Positions 19,090-27,389 of a stretch of DNA of 64,000 bases are shown here, one piece after another; position 1 is the first letter of the stretch; each line of letters begins with the position of its first letter. Source of the stretch: Deltaproteobacteria bacterium. Lineage in GTDB: Bacteria; Desulfobacterota; Desulfobacteria; Desulfobacterales; QNYZ01. A program made the translations under genes and the position numbers. Below the pieces are notes generated by a model. That model had not been told where the DNA came from. It ran no database searches and worked only from the letters and a program-made list of their open reading frames with translations. The stretch is taken from the NCBI GenBank assembly GCA_003973265.1, contig QNYZ01000036.1, positions 3,434 to 67,433 on the forward strand, read 5' to 3'.

Positions 19090-19950
19090 ATGGAAAGCTT
19101 TATCATTAACCTGCTCAACGGGCTCAGCTGGGGGATGCTCCTCTTTCTGATCTCCGTGGGGCTGACCACCGTTTTCGGCGTATTGGGCGTGCTCAACTTC
19201 GCCCATGGGTCGTTTTTCATGCTCGGCGCCTATCTGTGCATGCAGGTAATGCATATTGTCCCGTCTTTCTGGGTCGGTCTGCTCGTCGGCCCCCTGGTGG
19301 TGGCGCTGTTGGCGGCGCTGGTCGAAAAACAACTGCTCCGGCGGGTGTATGGCCGCGATATCGCCTTCCAGCTCTTGCTGACCTTTGCCATTTTACTGGT
19401 ACTCGACGACGGCGTTCGGATTATCTGGGGACCGGGTTACCACGTGGTAGAGCCGCCGGCAGTGCTGGCCGGCGTGTTTTCCCTGTTTGACAATACCTAT
19501 CCGATCTACCGACTATTCCTTGTTTTTGCCGGACCGGTCATCGGCCTGATGCTCTGGGCTTTTTTCCGATTCAGTCGCTGGGGGAAACGCATCCGGGCAG
19601 CCGCCATGGATCCGGAAATGGCCGAGGGTATCGGCATCCGGGTGCCGCTTTTGTTTACTGCCGTTTTTGCCCTGGGATGCTGGCTGGCCGGCATGGGTGG
19701 CGCCCTGGCCGCGCCCCATCAGAGCCTGGCCCCTGCCATGGGCGAACGGATCATTATCGAAAGTTTCATCGTTGTGGTGGCCGGCGGTATGGGGAGTTTT
19801 CCCGGGGCATTTATCGGCGCCCTGGCCCTGGGACTGTTCGAATCTTTTGGTACCGTTTTTCTCGGCCGTGTGCAGATGGCCATTCCCTATATTGTCCTGG
19901 CAGCGGTTTTGCTGATCCGGCCCCGGGGCCTGTTTGGGCAGGAGGACTGA
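19090..19950 (+). CDS. livH: Branched-chain amino acid-type ABC permease (LivH family)
   Basis: 286 aa, polytopic. The N-terminus LLNGLSWGMLLFLISVGLTTVFGVLGVLNFAHGSFFMLGAY is diagnostic of LivH. Confidence 0.85.
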   Translation: MESFIINLLNGLSWGMLLFLISVGLTTVFGVLGVLNFAHGSFFMLGAYLCMQVMHIVPSFWVGLLVGPLVVALLAALVEKQLLRRVYGRDIAFQLLLTFAILLVLDDGVRIIWGPGYHVVEPPAVLAGVFSLFDNTYPIYRLFLVFAGPVIGLMLWAFFRFSRWGKRIRAAAMDPEMAEGIGIRVPLLFTAVFALGCWLAGMGGALAAPHQSLAPAMGERIIIESFIVVVAGGMGSFPGAFIGALALGLFESFGTVFLGRVQMAIPYIVLAAVLLIRPRGLFGQED

Positions 19951-19952
19951 AG

Positions 19953-20933
19953 ATGAACGGGGCGGCATATGTGAAAAAAACCATCCTTCTGATCCTTGGC
20001 ACGGCGCTTTTGCTGGCTGCCCCGGCGATCCTGCCGCTCTACTGGATCATGATTACGACGGAAGTGCTGATCATGGGACTTTTTGCCATGGGGTTTAACC
20101 TGCTTTTGGGATATACCGGGCTGCTCTCCTTTGGCCAGGCCGGGTTTTTCGGTGTGGGGGCCTATACGGTGGCGCTGATCCTGTCCCATGGCGGAACCTC
20201 TGTTTTACTCTCTTTGGGCGCGGCGGTCGTTGTCGCGCTGATCACGGCGGTCGTCATCGGTTACCTGTGTGTGCGCCGGGACGAAATCTTCTTTGCGATG
20301 ATTACCCTCGGTTTCGGCATGATGCTCTACACCGTGGCCCACAACTGGGTGGAATTGACCGGCGGCAGCGATGGCCTGCCGCTGATGATGGTGCCGCCTC
20401 TGTCGTTTTTTGGCTGTGAGATCAGTCTCTTTGACCCCGTACAGATGTATCGCTTTGTTCTGGTTATGGTGATAATCGGAATATGGATTCTCTGGCGGAT
20501 TGTCCAGTCGCCTTTCGGCCTGATGCTTACCGCCATCCGGGAAAACAGGGAACGGCTCGCCTTTGTAGGGGCCAACGTGCGACAGCTTCGCCTGGCGGCC
20601 TTTGTCATCGCCGGCGGGGTGGCCGGACTGGCCGGCGGTCTGTTCGGTCTTTTCAACGCCATGGCCACGCCGGATATCATGCACTGGAGCTTTTCCGCCC
20701 GACCCGTGTTGATGACGGTGCTGGGAGGAATGGGGATCTTTTTCGGTCCCATGGCCGGCGCGGCCATCTATTTCGGTTTAGAGCAGATGATGACCCACCT
20801 GACCCAGAACTGGATGATTTTTCTGGGGCTGGCCCTGATCCCGGTGGTCATCTATTTTCCAAAAGGTATCCTTGGATCACTGGTTGCCTGGAAAAAAACA
20901 GTGCCGCAAAAACGAAAGAAGCCCCTCCCGTGA
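19953..20933 (+). CDS. livM: Branched-chain amino acid-type ABC permease (LivM family)
   Basis: ATG 19953 lies 3 nt after the livH stop and is preceded by GGAGG. Contains LLGYTGLLSFGQAGFFGVGAY. The track ORF's 5' extension (19677) overlaps livH and is judged an artefact. Confidence 0.85.
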   Translation: MNGAAYVKKTILLILGTALLLAAPAILPLYWIMITTEVLIMGLFAMGFNLLLGYTGLLSFGQAGFFGVGAYTVALILSHGGTSVLLSLGAAVVVALITAVVIGYLCVRRDEIFFAMITLGFGMMLYTVAHNWVELTGGSDGLPLMMVPPLSFFGCEISLFDPVQMYRFVLVMVIIGIWILWRIVQSPFGLMLTAIRENRERLAFVGANVRQLRLAAFVIAGGVAGLAGGLFGLFNAMATPDIMHWSFSARPVLMTVLGGMGIFFGPMAGAAIYFGLEQMMTHLTQNWMIFLGLALIPVVIYFPKGILGSLVAWKKTVPQKRKKPLP

Positions 20934-21694
20934 CCGATACGCCCATCTTGGATATTCAAAACCTGGGCCATGCCTACGGCGATTATCTCGTGATCCGGGA
21001 CATCTCCATTTCCGTGGCACCCGGCGAGTTAACGGCCCTCATCGGCCCCAACGGCGCCGGGAAAACGACCTTCTACAATGCCGTCTCCGGGCGATTCAGG
21101 CCTTCCCGGGGCCGGGTATTTTTTGATGGTACCGACATCACCGGCACACCGGCACACAAAATCGTTCCCATGGGGCTGCTGCGGTCATTCCAGATCACCA
21201 ATATCTTTCCAAACCTGACTGTGGCGGAAAATGTGCTGGTGCCGCTGACCCTGCACCATGGCAAAGGCTTTTCGATGTTTAAACCGCTTTCCGGCCAGGC
21301 GGCCCTGTTTGACGAAGCGCACGCCGTACTGGCGCGTGTCGGCCTGTCCGATGTGGCTCACCGGCCGGTTCATGAGCTGGCTTATGGCGATAAGCGCCTG
21401 GTGGAAATGGCCATTGTGCTGGCCCGGCAGCCAAAGCTGGTTCTTCTCGATGAGCCGACCGCCGGAATGAATCCCGAAGAAACCGATCGGATGATTGCGC
21501 TGATCAAGGCGCTGGCCGCAGATTCCGGAACCACCTTTTTCCTGACCGAACACGATATGAAAGTGGTTTTTTCCGTGGCATCAACGATCTGTGTCCTCCA
21601 CCAGGGAAAACTGCTCGCCAAGGGCGATCCCCATGCCATTCAATCCGATCCCAGAGTCCGGGAAGCCTACCTGGGAGGGTCGCTCGATGATTGA
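20930..21694 (+). CDS. livG: ABC ATP-binding protein (LivG family)
   Basis: GTG 20930 overlaps the livM stop (GTGA). Contains ILDIQNLGHAYGDY, Walker A GPNGAGKTT and Walker B LVLLDEPTAGMNPEE. Confidence 0.85.
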   Translation: MTDTPILDIQNLGHAYGDYLVIRDISISVAPGELTALIGPNGAGKTTFYNAVSGRFRPSRGRVFFDGTDITGTPAHKIVPMGLLRSFQITNIFPNLTVAENVLVPLTLHHGKGFSMFKPLSGQAALFDEAHAVLARVGLSDVAHRPVHELAYGDKRLVEMAIVLARQPKLVLLDEPTAGMNPEETDRMIALIKALAADSGTTFFLTEHDMKVVFSVASTICVLHQGKLLAKGDPHAIQSDPRVREAYLGGSLDD

Positions 21695-22385
21695 GGTCAA
21701 AGATATCCATGTCTATATCGGTGACAGCTATATCCTCCAGGGAATGAGCCTGGAGATAAGAGACGGGGAGATCGTCTGCCTGCTCGGCCGAAATGGCGCC
21801 GGCAAGACCACGACGCTGCGGGGAATCATCGGCTACAATTCGCCGGCCCGGGGTGCGGTCCGGTTTGACGGTGAGGATATCACCGGGCGGCCGGTTTACG
21901 AAAATGTCCGGCGCGGCATCGGATTCGTTCCCGAGGATCGACGGGTCTTCCCGGATTTGAGTGTGGTTGAAAATCTGGAAATCGCCCGGCTCCCCCCACG
22001 TCCCGGCCAGTCGGCCTGGACGCGCGAACGGGTATTTACCCTGTTTCCCGAGCTGAAAAAGCTTGCAAACCACAAGGGCGGGCGGCTCAGCGGCGGCGAA
22101 CAGCAGATGGTATCCATTGCCCGGGCGCTGATGGGCAATCCGCGTATTTTATTGCTGGATGAACCCTGTGAAGGCCTGGCACCCCTGGTGGTGGAACGGC
22201 TGGGAGAGATCATCCGTCATCTCAAAGCGGATATGCCCATCCTGCTCACCGAACAAAACGCCCGCTTTGCTTTGGAAATCGCTCAGCGGGGCTATGTCAT
22301 TGACAAGGGGCGGGTGCGCTACGAAGGAACCACTGACGATCTGTCCACCAACGAAGAGATCCAGCAACGGTATCTGGCTGTTTGA
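21687..22385 (+). CDS. livF: ABC ATP-binding protein (LivF family)
   Basis: ATG 21687 overlaps the livG end. Walker A GRNGAGKTT, signature LSGGEQQMV, Walker B LLLLDEPCEGLAP. Confidence 0.85.
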   Translation: MIEVKDIHVYIGDSYILQGMSLEIRDGEIVCLLGRNGAGKTTTLRGIIGYNSPARGAVRFDGEDITGRPVYENVRRGIGFVPEDRRVFPDLSVVENLEIARLPPRPGQSAWTRERVFTLFPELKKLANHKGGRLSGGEQQMVSIARALMGNPRILLLDEPCEGLAPLVVERLGEIIRHLKADMPILLTEQNARFALEIAQRGYVIDKGRVRYEGTTDDLSTNEEIQQRYLAV

Positions 22386-22609
22386 TCCGGATGAAAGAAT
22401 GTCTTAGCCGACTATTACAGCGCCAAAAGAGACCTTGCCGGCTGGTATATCGGTTACCCGGCTGTTTTGAAACGTGATTTTGCAGAAAAATATATTCCAG
22501 GAATGCTGTGACCCACGGTTGATTTACTTTTAGTTCTTCAGCGAGAATTGCTGCTCCGGCGAAAATCATCAACCGATTGATACGCGTTTATCCTTCATCG
22601 ACGGAAGAT

Positions 22610-23446
22610 ATGAATATGATTGATCATCAAAGACCGCCGCATTTATCCACCCCGTGGCGAAAGTGGCTTTACGAAACGATTTTTGAAACCGACACGGCTG
22701 CGGGAAGATGGTTTGATATCCTGTTGATAATAAGCATCATTTTCAGCGTCATCGTGGTGATGCTCGACAGCGTGAACAGTATCCAGGTAAACTGGGGACA
22801 TTTCTTCTTTGTCCTGGAATGGTGTTTTACGCTGCTTTTTACAGCAGAATATGTGCTGCGGTTGATCTCCATCGGCAAGCCCGTCAAATATGCGGCCAGT
22901 TTCTGGGGAATCATTGATCTTCTGGCCATTATTCCCACCTATATCAGTATTCTTGTTCCACACAGCAAATTTCTACTGGTCATCCGGATTATTCGGCTGT
23001 TAAGAATATTCAGGGTTCTGAAACTGGTACGTTACATGAAGGAAGCGCAGCAACTGCGGGTGGCCATGCACGCCAGCCGCCACAAAATCGTGGTCTTCCT
23101 CTGTGCGGTGCTGGCGATGGTGATTATTTTCGGTTCCATCATTTATATCGTTGAAGGCGAGCAAAACGGATTTACGAGTATCCCCCGAAGCATCTACTGG
23201 GCCATCGTCACCCTGACCACGGTCGGCTATGGGGATATTTCCCCGAAAACCGATATCGGACAGGTATTGGCCGCCCTGGTCATGATCCTCGGTTATGGTA
23301 TTATCGCTGTTCCTACCGGTATCGTTACCGTAGAAATGACCCACGCCATGCAGCACAAGGCCATTACCCAGGCCTGCCCGGACTGCAGCAGCCAGGGGCA
23401 TGATTCAGATGCCGTATATTGTAAATACTGTGGCGCCCGCCTGTGA
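22610..23446 (+). CDS. Voltage-gated (6TM, Kv-type) potassium channel with a C-terminal zinc-ribbon tail
   Basis: S4 helix LLVIRIIRLLRIFRVLKLVRY, selectivity filter TLTTVGYGD, and C-terminal CPDC-x13-CKYCG. The start is ATG 22610 or 22616. Confidence 0.85.
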   Translation: MNMIDHQRPPHLSTPWRKWLYETIFETDTAAGRWFDILLIISIIFSVIVVMLDSVNSIQVNWGHFFFVLEWCFTLLFTAEYVLRLISIGKPVKYAASFWGIIDLLAIIPTYISILVPHSKFLLVIRIIRLLRIFRVLKLVRYMKEAQQLRVAMHASRHKIVVFLCAVLAMVIIFGSIIYIVEGEQNGFTSIPRSIYWAIVTLTTVGYGDISPKTDIGQVLAALVMILGYGIIAVPTGIVTVEMTHAMQHKAITQACPDCSSQGHDSDAVYCKYCGARL

Positions 23447-23485
23447 TCCTTTAAAAAAACAACGGCCGGAAATCCGATTTTTTTC

Positions 23486-23513
23486 TTGACATTCCGGCCG
23501 TATCCTTTAATAT
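23486..23513 (+). promoter_or_regulatory. Sigma-70-type promoter of the arsR-permease operon
   Basis: TTGACA (23486-23491), a 16-nt spacer, then TAATAT (23508-23513). The -10 element lies inside the operator palindrome. Confidence 0.6.
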
Positions 23514-23547
23514 ATGAATAAATGTTCATATATTAAAGGATACGGCC
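23496..23547. promoter_or_regulatory. Perfect 23-bp inverted repeat, a candidate ArsR/SmtB operator
   Basis: GGCCGTATCCTTTAATATATGAA-taaatg-TTCATATATTAAAGGATACGGCC, abutting the ATG of the arsR-family gene. The core TGAA-N6-TTCA resembles SmtB/CzrA-type operators. Confidence 0.7.
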
Positions 23548-23922
23548 ATGTCCGCTGCCCCCCAAATCTGTATAGATGACGATTTTTGCCATGTTCGCTT
23601 TATTCACCTCAACCGCGTCCGCGCGGCACGGCTTGCCAAGCTCTCCGACAAAGAGACCGCCAAAATGGCGGCGATTTTCAAAGTTCTGGGAGATCCGACC
23701 CGGCTCAGCATCGTGTCGGCCCTGCGCGATGGCGAAATGTGTGTATGTGATCTGGCCGCCTTTTTAAAGATGACGGAATCGGCTGTCTCGCATCATCTCA
23801 GACGGCTTCGGGATCTGTCACTGGTTAAAAACCGGCGGGATGGCCAGGTTCTTTATTATTCACTGGATGATGATCATGTCCAGGCCCTGGTAACCATGGC
23901 GCTGGACCATGTGCGGGAATAA
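23548..23922 (+). CDS. ArsR/SmtB-family metal-sensing repressor carrying both alpha3N (CadC-like) and alpha5 (SmtB/CzrA-like) ligand sets
   Basis: GEMCVCDLAAFLKMTESAVSHHLRRL (CVC in alpha3) plus N-terminal Cys8/Cys14. The C-terminal DDH-x10-H-x2-E (DDHVQALVTMALDHVRE) matches the alpha5 motif DxHx10Hx2E. Confidence 0.85.
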   Translation: MSAAPQICIDDDFCHVRFIHLNRVRAARLAKLSDKETAKMAAIFKVLGDPTRLSIVSALRDGEMCVCDLAAFLKMTESAVSHHLRRLRDLSLVKNRRDGQVLYYSLDDDHVQALVTMALDHVRE

Positions 23923-24007
23923 CTGCAATCATTGATCAATGCACCGGAGTTTCCATGTTTTTTTGGAAAACCGCCTCACAGACAACCGTTACATAAAAAG
24001 GCAAGAA

Positions 24008-25123
24008 ATGAATTTGTTACTCAATATACTCCTTGAGGCATGGCATCTGCTCACCGAATCGGCCGTCTATGTTCTATTCGGGCTGCTGGTCAGCGGATGG
24101 CTGCATGTCTTTTTAAACCCCGGTACCGTGGCCAGGCATCTGGGCCAGGGGCGATTCCGGTCCGTCTTCAAAGCCGCCCTGTGGGGAATTCCGATTCCAC
24201 TCTGTTCATGCGGCGTTCTGCCCGCTGCGGCGTCTCTCAAGAAACAGGGAGCCAACACCGGTGCCACCACGGCATTTCTCATATCCACGCCTGAATCCGG
24301 CGTGGATTCCATCGCCATTACCTATGCCCTGCTGGACCCATTGATGGCTGTAGCGCGCCCGGTGGCCGCCTTTATTACCGCCACGGTGGCCGGTATGACC
24401 GAAAATCTTTTTCCCGGCTCAAAAACGGCGGAAATAGCACCGGACCTGTCCTGCCCCGTTGACGGCTGCTGTGATGGAATCGACTGCCCGCCCGATACCC
24501 ACAATCACCACCACAGCCTGGCCGATAAAATACGATCCGGATTCACCTATTCCGCCACGGAAATATGGGGAGACCTGGCCCGCTGGTTTTTCCTGGGCCT
24601 GCTCCTGGCCGGAATCATCAGCGCCACCATCCCGGCCTCTTTTTTTGAGAAACACCTCGGAGCCGGACTGCCGTCCATGCTGCTGATGCTGGCCGTCGGT
24701 GTTCCGTTATATATCTGTGCCACCTCCTCCACCCCCATCGCCGCCGCGTTGATTTTAAAGGGCGTCAGCCCGGGCGCCGCCCTGGTTTTTTTGCTGGCCG
24801 GTCCCGCTACCAATATCACGTCGCTGACCGTATTGATCGGCGTTCTGGGCCGCCGGGCCACTATTATCTATCTTGCCGCCATTGCCATCATGTCAGTAAT
24901 TTTCGGAATGATGCTTGATCAGGTCTATGCCATGCTCGACATCTCCGCCAGGGCGGCCGCGGGTGCGGCCGGGGAAATCATTCCCGCCTGGGTCGAACTG
25001 GCCGCAACAGGCATCCTGCTGGCCTTGTCCGTTAAGCCAATCCTGGGCGGGCTGCTGAAACACGGCCCGTCTGAAGAGAAGGGCCATTTAACACACAGCC
25101 ATGGTCCAGCAGGGTCTACATGA
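24008..25123 (+). CDS. DUF318/SO_0444-like permease with a Cys/His-rich loop (putative metal transporter)
   Basis: Polytopic. Contains LCSCGVLPAAASLKKQGANTGATTAFLISTPESGVDSI, the loop CPVDGCCDGIDCPPDTHNHHHS and the His-rich tail GHLTHSHG. It lies directly downstream of the metal sensor. Confidence 0.7.
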   Translation: MNLLLNILLEAWHLLTESAVYVLFGLLVSGWLHVFLNPGTVARHLGQGRFRSVFKAALWGIPIPLCSCGVLPAAASLKKQGANTGATTAFLISTPESGVDSIAITYALLDPLMAVARPVAAFITATVAGMTENLFPGSKTAEIAPDLSCPVDGCCDGIDCPPDTHNHHHSLADKIRSGFTYSATEIWGDLARWFFLGLLLAGIISATIPASFFEKHLGAGLPSMLLMLAVGVPLYICATSSTPIAAALILKGVSPGAALVFLLAGPATNITSLTVLIGVLGRRATIIYLAAIAIMSVIFGMMLDQVYAMLDISARAAAGAAGEIIPAWVELAATGILLALSVKPILGGLLKHGPSEEKGHLTHSHGPAGST

Positions 25124-25188
25124 GGGTGCAATTAAGATTCGGTCGAATCTTTACAAGACGGCGTAAATAGAATCCCCGCGTATTTTTT

Positions 25189-26250
25189 CTACTGCGACTG
25201 CCCCCGGATACCCGAGGATATCTTTCCCGGGCCATCGACCTGTTTCAGCCGTAGACGAAATGCATCGTACTTAACATTTCCCTGCCAATGACCAGTCACC
25301 CGCGCCAGATAAATGGAACCAAAAAACAGCCCCAGAATCACCACGGCAACGGAAGCGGTGGACCAGACAGTCTGCCAGAGGCCGAATGTTTTCAGCTCCA
25401 GGGTGTTGGGGACCGGGCAAACCCGGACACACTCCATACAGCCACTGCATTCGGGGCTGAATATCTTTGTTTTCTGATCCACCGGCAGGTTGTACGGGCA
25501 TTGCCGGGCACACTTTCCGCAATGGATACAATTATCGGCATGGCGACGGATACGGGTGGGGCCGAAAAAGGCCAGAATCCCCATGAGGGCACCATAAGGG
25601 CAGAGGTAGCGGCACCAGAAATTTTTAATGAACACCGAGACGGCTATGAGGAAAATGAGAACCCCGGCCGTAAAAGCGGTCATCCGGGTAAAAAAATGGA
25701 GCATTTTAACATCGGACATCTGATAATACGGGCTGTGGATAAAAACCTCAATCGTGGCCCGATCCATTTTAAGAATCGCCCAGACGAAAAAACCCAGCAA
25801 TACGTATTTAACGGCCCGCAGGAGATAATCGGCCCATATCGGCAGTCGAAAATTCCGGCCGAACCATCGCTGGCCGAGCTGCCACATCCACTCGGAAAGG
25901 GTCCCCACCGGACAGACCCACCCGCAAAAGGATTTTCGCAACCCAAAGGAAATAAGCGCGGCGAAACCAAGGATCACCATGGCGGCCGGATGGACCGGAT
26001 CCCAGGTACCGGTCGTGAAGAAAAGTTTGAATCCCATCAGTGCCCCGATGGGTAAGAACCCCTCTACCCCGGGTGGTCGCTGAACGGTTATGGCTGATAG
26101 TTCGCCTGCCTGGAAAACGAAAATGGCAAACTGAACCCCCACGGCAAGGGTCAAAATAAAAAACACCAGCTGCACCCGGCGGCGAAGCGGCCAACGAAAA
26201 TGACCGGTCTGCCGGGGAGCCGGTTTTAAAGAGGTCTGTTGGTTTTCCAT
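25189..26250 (-). CDS. NapH/MauN-like membrane polyferredoxin (4Fe-4S binding protein)
   Basis: Two CX3CP motifs in the membrane part (FCGWVCPVG, FWCRYLCPYG) and two ferredoxin motifs (CIHCGKCARQCP, CSGCMECVRVCP). The start is ATG 26250, or 26301 in the track. Confidence 0.7.
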   Translation of the reverse strand: MENQQTSLKPAPRQTGHFRWPLRRRVQLVFFILTLAVGVQFAIFVFQAGELSAITVQRPPGVEGFLPIGALMGFKLFFTTGTWDPVHPAAMVILGFAALISFGLRKSFCGWVCPVGTLSEWMWQLGQRWFGRNFRLPIWADYLLRAVKYVLLGFFVWAILKMDRATIEVFIHSPYYQMSDVKMLHFFTRMTAFTAGVLIFLIAVSVFIKNFWCRYLCPYGALMGILAFFGPTRIRRHADNCIHCGKCARQCPYNLPVDQKTKIFSPECSGCMECVRVCPVPNTLELKTFGLWQTVWSTASVAVVILGLFFGSIYLARVTGHWQGNVKYDAFRLRLKQVDGPGKISSGIRGQSQ

Positions 26251-26373
26251 AATTATATCGCCTGGAAACGATGGTCGGATGTATGTAAAATAGTGAGGCA
26301 CCGGCCACGTGAATGCCAGCTCATTTTAATTCATCGATATCTCGGGAGATTGACTTTAAATGCCGGAAGGCAC

Positions 26374-26991
26374 CTAAAAGGTCCCCATAATCTCTTCCAC
26401 CGAATTCTTGATGTGGGCGGCACTGATCGCCCGTAGTCGATCCGCGTCTTTGGCTTCAACGGCCTGAATAATCTCCAATGTTTCGGTAAAAAAGGTTTTA
26501 GGGTCAATTTTACGGGAAATGGAAAGCCAGAAACGAAGGTATTGGATCAGTATCCGTTCAAGCATCTGTGCCAGTTGATGGTTTTTGGTGGCCTGAAACA
26601 GCGTCCGGTGAAACTTGACATCCATCTCAACGAGCTGCCTGTTGGAAGGGGTATCACCGATTTCCCGGATCTCTTGGCGAATCTCCCCCAGGACGGCCAG
26701 TTCCTCCGCTGTTATTCGATCCATAGCCATGATATTGGCCTGAACTTCGATAATATTTCGGATTTCGGTAATCTCTTTCAAGCGTCCCAGGCTGAGGGGC
26801 GTCACAATAAAATGAGACCCGTGACGCAGCACCCAGCCGTCGGCCTCAAGGAGGATCAAGACCTCCTTGATGGGTGTACGGCTGACGCCGAAAGATTCGG
26901 CCAGCGCGCTCAGGTTGAGATACGCTTCCGGCAACAGGTCCAGCCAGATAATTTTTTCCCGCAATTGCCTGTAAATTTCCTCAGGTTCCAT
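26374..26991 (-). CDS. GntR-family transcriptional regulator (FadR/FCD subfamily)
   Basis: N-terminal winged HTH LNLSALAESFGVSRTPIKEVLILLEADGWV followed by an all-helical C-terminal domain. Confidence 0.8.
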   Translation of the reverse strand: MEPEEIYRQLREKIIWLDLLPEAYLNLSALAESFGVSRTPIKEVLILLEADGWVLRHGSHFIVTPLSLGRLKEITEIRNIIEVQANIMAMDRITAEELAVLGEIRQEIREIGDTPSNRQLVEMDVKFHRTLFQATKNHQLAQMLERILIQYLRFWLSISRKIDPKTFFTETLEIIQAVEAKDADRLRAISAAHIKNSVEEIMGTF

Positions 26992-27293
26992 TCCATACCC
27001 CGTTTTCAGGGACTCCCCTTTTTATCCGCCACCACCCGTGGATCCTGCCGGATCCCCAAGCGCAGATGGCAGATGTAAAAATATTTTGCCGCCCTTGCCG
27101 CCCTTGTCGTATGCACCCTAAATGCACCGTTGATTTGCGTCAAGTATTTTAACCCAGGCAAACTGAAACCTTCAGATAAAAGCACCTGTGCAAAACAGTT
27201 TCGCGCGAAATCGAAATGCCGGACGACCTGTGAATAAAATGAACCATTTTTTTGCAATAATATTTGGTGTTTACTTAAACAGCACAAAAAATA

Positions 27294-27328
27294 TTGACTT
27301 GTATCATATTTCAATATATTTTGTATCA
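27294..27328 (+). promoter_or_regulatory. Candidate promoter overlapped by two direct TTGTATCA boxes (candidate GntR sites)
   Basis: TTGACT at 27294-27299. TTGTATCA occurs at 27299-27306 and again at 27321-27328 (22-bp spacing), in the AT-rich region ~70 bp upstream of ATG 27390. Confidence 0.4.
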
Positions 27329-27389
27329 ACTTAGTATTTATAGTAAATTTATTATAGATTCCTTTCAAGTTTTCCAAAGAGATTTTATC

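Noticed and set aside
19677-19952. Long 5' extensions of track ORFs: livM 19677, livG 20483, livF 21591, the aminotransferase 27294, the cmk-like gene 39762, the M20D gene 54680 and dppC 57631
   Set aside because: In each case an internal start with an RBS, or a stop/start overlap with the upstream gene, gives a protein whose N-terminus matches the family. The extensions overlap upstream genes or AT-rich intergenic DNA.
22297-22572. 91-aa minus-strand ORF between livF and the K+ channel gene
   Set aside because: It overlaps the 3' end of livF and has no recognisable domain or RBS. It may be a remnant, but that cannot be supported.
25134-25151. AAGATTCG-gt-CGAATCTT palindrome between the convergent permease and NapH-like genes, considered as a terminator
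   Set aside because: The loop is too small and there is no adequate T-tract on either strand. It is a weak candidate only.
27006-27377. 123-aa minus-strand ORF in the gntR/aminotransferase intergenic region
   Set aside because: It spans an AT-rich promoter region, has a low-complexity Lys/Asn/Phe-rich product, and has no RBS or motif.
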